This document shows, piece by piece, positions 29,454 to 37,296 of a stretch of DNA of 64,000 nt; position 1 is the stretch's first letter, and every line of letters starts with the position of its first letter. A program made the translations under genes and the position numbers. Source of the stretch: Klebsiella phage KPN8. Under the pieces are notes generated by a model. The model searched no databases. It was not told where the DNA came from and saw only the letters and a program-made list of their open reading frames with translations. The DNA lies in the sequence record OP079919.1; one strand, given 5' to 3'.

Positions 29454-30059
29454 ATGTTAAAAATTCGTTTCGAAGAATTAAAGACGTTTAACAAACTCAT
29501 TGTTAACGACTTTACCATTAAGGTCGATAAAGGTCACGAGAACCTCCCAGCCGAGCTTTACGAAGGTAAGACGCTCATCGCTACCATACCGACAACAAAA
29601 TCGTCCTCAGGCGTTCCTATTAAGCCTATGGGGTTATTCCCGTTCGTTACTTTAATGGCCATGGGTGGGGCTATTATCAGTCAACAGAAAGAAGGGGTCT
29701 TTGATAAACTCCAGGGTTTATCCGAAGAGATCTTTTCTCAAGTAATCCATCGACAAACGATGGGAGAGCAGTTCTGCGACGATCCTAAGAATCACAAGTA
29801 CCTTCGTGTGTGCTTGGATAATGGGGCGTGGTCAACTGAGAAGGAAATCCAACCCGGTATTTTTGTGAATAACGAGTTTTACGTGTCGTCCAACGTTAAT
29901 TCGAAAAATCAACGTTTTATGAAGGTTATTTCCATAACCGACGTCGCCTCCCCTAATCGTAAAAATATCGTTAGGCAGGAACTCCGTCAGGTTTACGTCT
30001 TCACCGTACCGTTTGGGGAATTCGGATTTAAACACGAATTGGTCCAATCGATTAAATAA
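29454..30059 (+). CDS. hypothetical protein
   Basis: 201-aa ORF. ATG 3 nt after the upstream stop. Confidence 0.55.
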   Translation: MLKIRFEELKTFNKLIVNDFTIKVDKGHENLPAELYEGKTLIATIPTTKSSSGVPIKPMGLFPFVTLMAMGGAIISQQKEGVFDKLQGLSEEIFSQVIHRQTMGEQFCDDPKNHKYLRVCLDNGAWSTEKEIQPGIFVNNEFYVSSNVNSKNQRFMKVISITDVASPNRKNIVRQELRQVYVFTVPFGEFGFKHELVQSIK

Positions 30060-30065
30060 CGTTGA

Positions 30066-30095
30066 GAGGGGAGATTAAGTTCTCCCCTATTTAAC
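30066..30095 (+). terminator. weaker stem-loop at a gene end: 30066..30088
   Basis: GC-rich hairpin (agaggggaga..tctcccct) 3' of the stop codon. Confidence 0.35.
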
Positions 30096-30111
30096 CAACG
30101 AGGATAAGATT

Positions 30112-30633
30112 TTGGATCAAATTACTATTTACACCGATGGTAGTTGTCTTGAAAATAGTTCTGCCGGAGGACCGGGTGGGTGGGCGTACATTATCGTCGG
30201 TAAGGATGAAAAATATTCGATAGAACAAAACAAAGGTTATTTTAAAACCACAAATAACCGAATGGAAATGATGGCGTGTTTAGAAGCGTTATTGGAGTTC
30301 GATTACCCGAAAAGAATTATCATTCATACCGATAGCCAATATCTCATCGACGGGATGACTAAATGGATCTACGGTTGGAGAAAAAGGAATTGGGTGACGG
30401 GTTACGGGGAAGCGGTTAAAAATAAAGACCTTTGGCAGGCGTTGATTGACGCAAGCAAATTTCATAAGGTCACCTACGTGAAAGTTAAAGCGCACAACGG
30501 CGATAAGTATAATGAACGTTGCGATGTTCTCGCTAAAGAAGCAGCGAGAAACCCAGAGCTTGATGACGTAGGATTTGTTCCCGTACACAACCCACCCAAA
30601 ATTAAATATCCTTATTACTTTAGGAAAAGATAA
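30112..30633 (+). CDS. rnhA: ribonuclease HI (TTG start)
   Basis: IYTDGSC (Asp), MEMMACLEAL (Glu), IIIHTDSQY (Asp) and KVKAHNGDKYNERCDVLAKEAA (His/Asp) match the RNase H1 catalytic pattern. GAGGA SD precedes the TTG. Confidence 0.85.
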   Translation: MDQITIYTDGSCLENSSAGGPGGWAYIIVGKDEKYSIEQNKGYFKTTNNRMEMMACLEALLEFDYPKRIIIHTDSQYLIDGMTKWIYGWRKRNWVTGYGEAVKNKDLWQALIDASKFHKVTYVKVKAHNGDKYNERCDVLAKEAARNPELDDVGFVPVHNPPKIKYPYYFRKR

Positions 30634-30635
30634 TC

Positions 30636-31976
30636 ATGGTTTCAATTGATGATGTGCAGAAAAAACTCACCGCTTATTTTGACGACCGTTTAATCGGACA
30701 ACCTGAATTAGTAGAGGGTATCGTAACCAATATCAAACTACGAGAAATCTACCATAACAATTTAGCCTTTGCTAAAGAAACTGGGATTTATATCCCCCCT
30801 TTAAATATGCTGGTTAGGGGGAAATCCGGTAACGGTAAAAGTCATTCAATTAACTTTATCTGCCGATCTTTGGGATTACCTTTCGTCAGCGTCAACGCCA
30901 CGGATTTTACTTCTTCCGGTTATGTTGGGGCTTCGCTGTCAGATATTCCTAAAATGCTGATCGATGAAGCAGAAAGGATTCTTAAAGAAAACGATCAAAA
31001 TAAAGTAGGGTTCGACACATCCACTCCAGCACGGGATGATAAGGATATTGAGGAAGCCGACAATCGTTTTAAAGCGATAGAAAAAGAGTTGGTCGATTTG
31101 GGTATCGGAGTTGATAAATTAGGACCTAAGAGACCCGCCTTTGCCCACTCCATACGTTTGTATGAAAAGGCAAACGCCCACAAAATCAGAGTTTGTTTCC
31201 GTAACAAAATGCCTAAGAAACTTTATGCTGAATTGACGGAAGGAAAAGACTTTACCGGGAAAGAGAAGACGAAGATTAATAGTTTGTTAAATAAACTTTG
31301 TTTACCTCATAAGCCCTACGTCTTTAAATTCGACACAAGTTTCATCGATAAATTCAAGTTAGGGAAAACAAGGGATTCCGACCCTGAGGCTAAAGAGTAT
31401 GCCCAAAATAAGGGCATCGTCATGATCGATGAGATCGATAAAATCCTTATGGGTAAGAACGGACAATACAACGTTGGTACTCATGGGATCATTAGGGAGA
31501 TTTTAGCGTATCTGTCCGGATCGAACATTATGTGCGGAGGGGATATGTTTGATACGTCAAACATCATCTTTATCTGTGCTGGTGCTTTTGACATGGTTGA
31601 CTTTAAAGATATCCCCACCGAACTCTTAGGTCGGCTCCCTACACGTTTAACTGTTAAGGACCCTACTGAAGATAGCCTTTACCGGATGCTGACTTCCCAG
31701 GTAGTCGATCCGTGGGGTATGGTAAAACTCATTCTTCGTAACAAAGGATGTGAGAATTTTATCATTAGTGATGAAATTTCTAGGTATATCGCCAAACGTG
31801 TTATTGAGGACGAAAAGATCAAACCCATTGGGGTCAGACGTTTAATGGCCGTGATTAGCGAAATAGCTAAAATCTATTATCTCATGGACGAGATAGATAA
31901 AGAGATAACTTTATCAGAGTTCGTAGCGGATAAAGCACTTAAAACGATTAGAGACGGTTTATTAGAATCGGTTTAA
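30636..31976 (+). CDS. HslU/ClpX-family AAA+ unfoldase
   Basis: LIGQPELVEG. Walker A GKSGNGKSHS followed by ...FVSVNATDFTSSGYVGASL. About 165-aa insertion before Walker B (GIVMIDEIDKI), like the HslU I-domain. LLGRLPTRLTV sensor region. Confidence 0.75.
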   Translation: MVSIDDVQKKLTAYFDDRLIGQPELVEGIVTNIKLREIYHNNLAFAKETGIYIPPLNMLVRGKSGNGKSHSINFICRSLGLPFVSVNATDFTSSGYVGASLSDIPKMLIDEAERILKENDQNKVGFDTSTPARDDKDIEEADNRFKAIEKELVDLGIGVDKLGPKRPAFAHSIRLYEKANAHKIRVCFRNKMPKKLYAELTEGKDFTGKEKTKINSLLNKLCLPHKPYVFKFDTSFIDKFKLGKTRDSDPEAKEYAQNKGIVMIDEIDKILMGKNGQYNVGTHGIIREILAYLSGSNIMCGGDMFDTSNIIFICAGAFDMVDFKDIPTELLGRLPTRLTVKDPTEDSLYRMLTSQVVDPWGMVKLILRNKGCENFIISDEISRYIAKRVIEDEKIKPIGVRRLMAVISEIAKIYYLMDEIDKEITLSEFVADKALKTIRDGLLESV

Positions 31977-31978
31977 AC

Positions 31979-32012
31979 TTATATCCTGGGCGGATCCGCC
32001 CAGGATATAATC
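31979..32012 (+). terminator. intrinsic terminator / palindrome
   Basis: ttatatcctgggcggatccgcccaggatataa is a perfect palindrome. Confidence 0.5.
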
Positions 32013-32039
32013 TGTTAATTTAACTTTTGGAAACTCATC

Positions 32040-32534
32040 ATGCTTTTAGACGAATGGGTCGGTGTTTTTAACTCGCTATCCTCGGATTTGAAAGGAAGGG
32101 ATGTAGAGGGTTACATTTACTTGTTTGGAGATATCATTAACGGTTTGTTGTGGACGGGATTAGTAGGATGGTGGATATGGTTGGTGAAGGGACGTAAGAA
32201 AAACAAACGAAGAGAAGAGAATGATTATAAGTTAGCGGAATTAATTGAGTCATTCCTTGTCTTTGAAGGCATTACGCCGGATAAGTATTCCATCCCCAAG
32301 TTCCTAATAAAGAATGAGAAAGAACTCCTTATCGCACTAGACTACTTTTTAAGGAAGGACCCATTACTACGTAAGAAGCTGAGATTCAAGCGATTAGAAG
32401 TTAAATTATCGGAGGATAAGATCAAAATAAGATTTAAGTCTATCTTTAGAGCTGGCGTATACGGCGTATCGGCCGATTCCTCAAGGTTACTAATCTTCTT
32501 AGGCCTGTTACTGGAGAAAAATAAAAATGGTTGA
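32040..32534 (+). CDS. membrane protein, hypothetical
   Basis: TM segment LLWTGLVGWWIWLV, then a basic stretch. Confidence 0.5.
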   Translation: MLLDEWVGVFNSLSSDLKGRDVEGYIYLFGDIINGLLWTGLVGWWIWLVKGRKKNKRREENDYKLAELIESFLVFEGITPDKYSIPKFLIKNEKELLIALDYFLRKDPLLRKKLRFKRLEVKLSEDKIKIRFKSIFRAGVYGVSADSSRLLIFLGLLLEKNKNG

Positions 32535-32612
32535 ATTATCGTTACCTTCTATCGCATTTTAGGTGGACTCATCTAAGTTCTATTTCTAAGGCATACACTC
32601 ATTAGGTAAATT

Positions 32613-32849
32613 ATGAAACTCGAAGATTATCAGCATCACGTTTCCATTCTTCAACACGAAGATGGAAAAGAACTCCCTTATTTCAAACAAAAGACTTACT
32701 GTAGTGACAAACCTGAACCTTGGATGTTCCAGGGAGCTGGACATGCCATACTGGCGATTTCTAATCAAAGCTATACACAACCATGTCCTGAGTGTATGAA
32801 AGCTATACAGGGCGTTATAGATGGTTATTTGAAGGAAAACCAATCATGA
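32613..32849 (+). CDS. small Cys-containing hypothetical protein
   Basis: 78 aa with a CPEC pair near the C-terminus. Confidence 0.4.
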   Translation: MKLEDYQHHVSILQHEDGKELPYFKQKTYCSDKPEPWMFQGAGHAILAISNQSYTQPCPECMKAIQGVIDGYLKENQS

Positions 32850-32938
32850 GTAAAGCTTACTATAACGGTGTCAATCCTAATTTGATTTTCGCGCCGCGCG
32901 TCATTTATTTGTTTTGATTTAGTTACGGAGTAAGTATA

Positions 32939-33817
32939 ATGAAAAAATTTAGGGCGGTCATCTCAGCTTCTCAGAGTAAAGAAAAATTAGAGCACAACGA
33001 AGATACTTGTTTGGTTGACTTAGGCGGAGTATCCGATCAACTTTTTAGTGAACGGTCTTTAGAGGCTTCTTTAGAGGCTTTAATTGAGAAAGGAGAGGTG
33101 GGGGAAATTATTACAGACCCCGTTTATTTCGATAACGAAGAATGTTTAAATAAACCCACTATCAGTTTCGAAACACTCTTTGCTTTCTTCACTGGAGGAT
33201 GGCAGTACGAACGCAAGGAAGGGTTTTATCACATTAGCGCCAAAATAAGATTCTTAAAGGAATATGAATCGCACTCTGAACTGGAGTTTATCCCCAGGGT
33301 GGTTTGTGACACGACTGGAAGACCAAAAATCGTTGCGTTTGATCTTAAACCAGGGGAATCTAAAATCGATCCATCAATTATTTCGGAGTGCAAAAATAAT
33401 TCCGCCGGATATGCTTTTGGCCGGACCGAGGTGAAGTCAGATTATTCAGTTATATTTATCTTGGGGTATTTCTGTAAAAAACGATGGAGTCGGGATGAGC
33501 TTATTAATGCGATGCGCTACCTTTGCGATAAAAAATCCGTTGGTGAGTTTGGCCGCCCTCCTACTGGAAGATCGAAAGAAAGATGGAGAAAAATTGATTT
33601 AGCTCTATCACTAGGATCCATTAAGGAGTTTCACATCGAAGATTATAGCGACGATGCGTTCGTTATTAAAGCGAAAATCGATTTTAATTTCCCTGTCGGG
33701 AAAGTCCCATGTTTTATTCGTCGGACACAATTCGTCTTCGCTCCTCGTGTCTCAGTATCGTCAGATTTCTATAAATATAATAGAACTCTTATTTGTTTCG
33801 ATCTCGTTCAGGTATAA
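32939..33817 (+). CDS. hypothetical protein
   Basis: 292-aa ORF. No motif recognised. Confidence 0.55.
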   Translation: MKKFRAVISASQSKEKLEHNEDTCLVDLGGVSDQLFSERSLEASLEALIEKGEVGEIITDPVYFDNEECLNKPTISFETLFAFFTGGWQYERKEGFYHISAKIRFLKEYESHSELEFIPRVVCDTTGRPKIVAFDLKPGESKIDPSIISECKNNSAGYAFGRTEVKSDYSVIFILGYFCKKRWSRDELINAMRYLCDKKSVGEFGRPPTGRSKERWRKIDLALSLGSIKEFHIEDYSDDAFVIKAKIDFNFPVGKVPCFIRRTQFVFAPRVSVSSDFYKYNRTLICFDLVQV

Positions 33818-33917
33818 CCTATGGCCAAGCATAAGCTTTCTGATTTCTTTGATATCGCTGCGCTGTTCCTTTGCGTGACAATAGTTTTGATCGTTTTCTT
33901 TTACGCTATTATTAAAT

Positions 33918-34268
33918 ATGGATAAAATTACTATGTTTGACCTTATTAAACTTCTCGAGATCTTCCTGGGATTCTTTATTTGTATCTTACTGATCGTTCT
34001 GCTCGTCATAACGACACGTAAGAATAAACGCCCCCAACTCCCTCCTACGCATGAAACCCTTCGGTACATCATCTCTGGCGCCCTACAGACGGGAGTTTAT
34101 AATACTCCCGATCTTTATGTCGAGCTCGCCTTAAAGCTCTCTAAGGACTACGGAGAGCTCTTAAACGTTAAAATAGAGTACGACCATTTATCGTCGTCTA
34201 GCCATAAAACGTTTTATATAAAGGATTATACACTTAAACGAGTTTACCCGCTAACCTTTAACGCATAA
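33918..34268 (+). CDS. membrane protein, hypothetical
   Basis: N-terminal TM helix FLGFFICILLIVLLVITT. Confidence 0.5.
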   Translation: MDKITMFDLIKLLEIFLGFFICILLIVLLVITTRKNKRPQLPPTHETLRYIISGALQTGVYNTPDLYVELALKLSKDYGELLNVKIEYDHLSSSSHKTFYIKDYTLKRVYPLTFNA

Positions 34269-34278
34269 AACGTTGATC

Positions 34279-34313
34279 TACTCCCTCTCCCTATTACGGG
34301 AGAGGGAGTACTC
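34279..34313 (+). terminator. weaker stem-loop at a gene end: 34279..34306
   Basis: Hairpin ctccctctccc-tattac-gggagagggag 3' of the stop codon. Confidence 0.35.
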
Positions 34314-34644
34314 TTATGAATTTATTTTTAGTTAATTAATGTTAAACCTAGGATATTATAGTATAATTAGCTCTAGCGCTATATATTAGGCCGAAGGCCT
34401 AAAGGGTTAGGGTAAGTCAATTCGTTCGTTTCAGCATCAATCAAGGTATTCGCTACGCTCATACTTTCTTATGCTTACACTCACCCATGCAACCTGGAGA
34501 GAAACCCCGACTGAACAAAGTTGTTTATTCCTTCTCAGGGGAATAAACAGTTCGTCGGCTAAAGACATAGGATGTTTTATGATCAGTAAAGAAATACGAT
34601 AATCTAAACTTATTAGTTCAAACACTGTAATCTAGGAGATAACC

Positions 34645-34761
34645 ATGAATATCATAATGCCATTAAAGCTACTCGGAGGGTTACTTATCCTGGGAGTGGG
34701 TTTTGGATTACTGGTTTATCTCATTGTTAAACTCTCCGTTAAAATGGCGTATAAAAAATGA
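34645..34761 (+). CDS. 38-aa hydrophobic micro-protein (not in the supplied ORF track)
   Basis: Perfect SD 'taggagataacc ATG'. Translation MNIIMPLKLLGGLLILGVGFGLLVYLIVKLSVKMAYKK is a single TM helix. Its stop overlaps the next start (ATGA). Confidence 0.35.
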   Translation: MNIIMPLKLLGGLLILGVGFGLLVYLIVKLSVKMAYKK

Positions 34762-35225
34762 GTGAAGAAGAGCTGTCATTAGGTTATATTTCGGTTAAAG
34801 TCATTCCCACTCAGGAAGGGATTCTTAAAGATAAGGTGTTGGATGCAGGCTGTCTTCCGTTAGATGAAGGGTCGTACCACGCTACGCTTATTTTTGATAT
34901 TCATCAGGATGGCGTCATTCCCAACGTACCTATGATTCCTGAAAAGATCTTCGAGGGAAAGGTTATCGGAATCAAGGAACTCGGAGAGCGTAAAGGAGAT
35001 ATTATCTCAGCCGTTGTACTCGAACTGGATTCTCCTGAACTGGCAGAAGAACACGATCGGTTAATACAATGTGGGTATGGTCATTCCTATCCGGATTACA
35101 TCCCCCATATTTCGCTCGCTTACAAGGTCACAGAAGAGCAAATGGAAGATCTCAAACGACAGTGTGAGTCGCTTATTGGTAAAACGTTCTACTTATCCGG
35201 AGAAAGCATCGACTGGATAGATTAA
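34758..35225 (+). CDS. 2H-phosphoesterase superfamily protein (Acb1-like anti-CBASS nuclease or LigT-like cyclic phosphodiesterase)
   Basis: Two H-x-T/S-x motifs ~76 residues apart (H41 ATLIF and H117 ISLAY) in a ~155-aa protein, which is the hallmark of the 2H fold. Size and spacing resemble phage Acb1 proteins. Confidence 0.45.
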   Translation: MSEEELSLGYISVKVIPTQEGILKDKVLDAGCLPLDEGSYHATLIFDIHQDGVIPNVPMIPEKIFEGKVIGIKELGERKGDIISAVVLELDSPELAEEHDRLIQCGYGHSYPDYIPHISLAYKVTEEQMEDLKRQCESLIGKTFYLSGESIDWID

Positions 35226-35238
35226 GAGGTAAAGGGGT

Positions 35239-35667
35239 ATGCCTGATAAACTTACTGTATCACTTTTTAAGCTTATAAAAAACCACACTGGGTTAACGTT
35301 AAAGGAAGGCGAATTCTCTTTAACGGGAGAAAGACCCTTTTGGTTCAGAATACCTCCTTTTCCCCTTAACCCTAGTTCAAGAGAGAGATTGAGAGATCTC
35401 TTTCAAGATAACTTTGATGTGACTGTAGTTGATTATGTTGACGATTACCAGATCATATTCAGCCAAATTGAACCAACAACTTCTCGTCGTATAAAACGCG
35501 TCAGGAACATCCTAGATGTGTTAGAAAGAGAGTACGGTAGAAACTGTCTCAGACCAGAAACCGGTAGAATCTTGAGCGGATATTACTCTACCCATAAAGA
35601 CAGAATAGAACAGGAAGAACTTGCTTATAATAAAAAGATTTTAAATGAAGCGTTACGAAGACGTTAA
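35239..35667 (+). CDS. hypothetical protein
   Basis: 142-aa ORF with a GAGGTAAAGGGGT SD-like leader. No motif recognised. Confidence 0.55.
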   Translation: MPDKLTVSLFKLIKNHTGLTLKEGEFSLTGERPFWFRIPPFPLNPSSRERLRDLFQDNFDVTVVDYVDDYQIIFSQIEPTTSRRIKRVRNILDVLEREYGRNCLRPETGRILSGYYSTHKDRIEQEELAYNKKILNEALRRR

Positions 35668-35708
35668 TCTTATGCAATATTTTTAATCTTAAAACGTGGG
35701 GTGGGTAA

Positions 35709-36029
35709 ATGACGTACAATGAAGTCGAGAAATATCTGGAAATGGGAGAGGCCGTCTCTAGGCGTAGTTGGAAAGCGAACGAAGCGGTTTATTTAGAGCC
35801 GACGACGTTACTTAATCCAGCGCACTATCCTGAGTGTTTAAAAGCCGCAGGTATTAACTCCCTTTTGAGAGTCGATCGACATTTAGTGCGTGTTACCGCG
35901 AGTAACACTGTTGAGCGTTTTATTCCCAACTTTGTAGAAAGAAACGAAAACGATTGGTACGTTAAAAGTTATACCTTCGAACAAAATAAAGCATTACCAG
36001 AACATAATCAAGCACAAGAAGTCGCATAA
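35709..36029 (+). CDS. DUF2829/Tad2-like small protein (candidate signalling-nucleotide sponge)
   Basis: N-terminus MTYNEVEKYLEMGEAVSRRSWKANEAVYLE fits the DUF2829 pattern M-x-F-x-EA-x(3)-L-x(2)-G-x(2)-V-x-R-x(2)-W ... Y-L as I recall it. About 100 aa. Confidence 0.35.
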   Translation: MTYNEVEKYLEMGEAVSRRSWKANEAVYLEPTTLLNPAHYPECLKAAGINSLLRVDRHLVRVTASNTVERFIPNFVERNENDWYVKSYTFEQNKALPEHNQAQEVA

Positions 36030-36034
36030 TAACA

Positions 36035-36045
36035 CCCCCCCCCCC
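36035..36045 (+). repeat. intergenic C11 homopolymer tract
   Basis: acaccccccccccctacac between the stop of the DUF2829-like gene and its terminator hairpin. Confidence 0.6.
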
Positions 36046-36059
36046 TACACTTAGATTTT

Positions 36060-36096
36060 AACCAGGAGAGGCGTAAGCCTCTCCTGGTTTATTTTA
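36060..36096 (+). terminator. intrinsic terminator
   Basis: aaccaggagaggc-gtaa-gcctctcctggtt, then tattttaca. Directly preceded by an 11-C homopolymer. Confidence 0.65.
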
Positions 36097-36163
36097 CATG
36101 TATTCTTTTTTGGATCGATATTATTTATGTGTAAACCTCAATAACTTTTTAGGAATCAACATC

Positions 36164-36379
36164 ATGAACGGTCTTTTTGGAACAGGTTGTTTGCTGTTAG
36201 GTGCTGCAGTGTATTTCTTCCTGAAGTACCTGGAACTGCGTAAAGATTTTAAAGAGAATAAGATTAAAGACAAGGGTCGGGCGTCTGGGTATAAAAATGC
36301 CTATTTCTCTTTAACCATTTGTGTTTTGGGTCTGGGTGTCTTTTTAATGGTTAATGGGACTCTGTTGGAGATCAGATAA
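36164..36379 (+). CDS. small membrane protein
   Basis: Start moved to MNGLFGTGCLLLGAAVYFFL. Two hydrophobic segments. Confidence 0.4.
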   Translation: MNGLFGTGCLLLGAAVYFFLKYLELRKDFKENKIKDKGRASGYKNAYFSLTICVLGLGVFLMVNGTLLEIR

Positions 36380-36846
36380 TGGATATCGTTATGCTGACCG
36401 ACGCAGAAACAGTTTTGGATGTCGTCGATGCAGAGGAATACTATCTTCCTACGGGAATTATGCGGCATTGGATACAGATGGCTATCCGAAGAGGGCCTGG
36501 GCATTGTAGGGCGTTTTGGTTTGAAGGCGGGATCTTTGTTTTGACCAAAATACCCTTAACAGGTAATAATACATGGAACGCTTCGATTTGGATTTCTGAA
36601 GATTACAGGCGAAAGGGACTGGCCAAGCGAATAACAGTTTTGGCTTTGGATATGTTCAGACTGGCTAACGCGACTCTACGTTTCCATCCTTGGGATCAGC
36701 GTAGCGTTGCATTCTTTTCTAATTTGGTTAACGAGGGATTGTTGACCGGGAAGAATTTTGGGGATATTGGGTCCAGACGTCTTTTATCGTCTGAACTCCT
36801 TAAAGATCCGGAAACCTTTACATCCCAGCGCGTTGAGCTGGTTTAA
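36379..36846 (+). CDS. GNAT-like acetyltransferase (tentative)
   Basis: YRRKGLAKRITVLALDMF resembles GNAT motif A. TAATG overlap with the upstream gene. Confidence 0.4.
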   Translation: MDIVMLTDAETVLDVVDAEEYYLPTGIMRHWIQMAIRRGPGHCRAFWFEGGIFVLTKIPLTGNNTWNASIWISEDYRRKGLAKRITVLALDMFRLANATLRFHPWDQRSVAFFSNLVNEGLLTGKNFGDIGSRRLLSSELLKDPETFTSQRVELV

Positions 36847-36870
36847 TCTTTCATAGTAAGAGGTAATAAA

Positions 36871-37251
36871 ATGGACCGTAACGAATTAGCGATTATTCTC
36901 ATCGATCAACTTAACAAATTCCTTTACCCTAAACTTGAGAAAACCAATATGACGAAATTTTGTCTATTGGGAACGCTGAGCCTTGAGGTCGTCACCGGTC
37001 AGTTTTATGATCATAAAACATGCGTGGGGTCGGAGGATATCCTTGCATTGCTCAAAGAGCACGGGATTAACGACGATGGATTCTTAAGCGTAGAAAAACG
37101 ACTATCGGCCTTTGGCGATATTCTGACTTCCTATTCTTATAGAGTTCTAGGGGATCGTTATGGTGATGCTTTTGTTACCGTGAATTTCAATTTGAATTTA
37201 ACTAATCTTAACATGCTTGAGTTCGCTAATGAACTCGCGCGCTACGAATAA
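36871..37251 (+). CDS. hypothetical protein
   Basis: 126-aa ORF. SD 'agaggtaataaa ATG'. Confidence 0.55.
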   Translation: MDRNELAIILIDQLNKFLYPKLEKTNMTKFCLLGTLSLEVVTGQFYDHKTCVGSEDILALLKEHGINDDGFLSVEKRLSAFGDILTSYSYRVLGDRYGDAFVTVNFNLNLTNLNMLEFANELARYE

Positions 37252-37296
37252 ATCATAATCCCGTCAATTTATTTTATACTTTTAGGAAACACCATC

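Noticed and set aside
32900-32938. sigma70-like TTGATT-N15-TATAAT immediately before the 32939 start
   Set aside because: The -10 hexamer includes the ATG A (tataATG), which would place the transcript start inside the gene, and the spacer is short. Not called.
33771-33782. T4-type late promoter match (tataaata)
   Set aside because: Single occurrence inside a coding region. No such box recurs upstream of the structural genes, so T4-like late promoters are not supported here.
34380-34560. Possible tRNA or structured RNA in the non-coding gap
   Set aside because: I could not assemble a cloverleaf (no GTTC T-loop with appropriately spaced acceptor pairing). Only simple hairpins are present.
34437-34625. 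62-aa minus-strand ORF inside the long intergenic gap
   Set aside because: No SD, low-complexity translation, opposite to all neighbouring transcription, and it overlaps the hairpins. Likely spurious.
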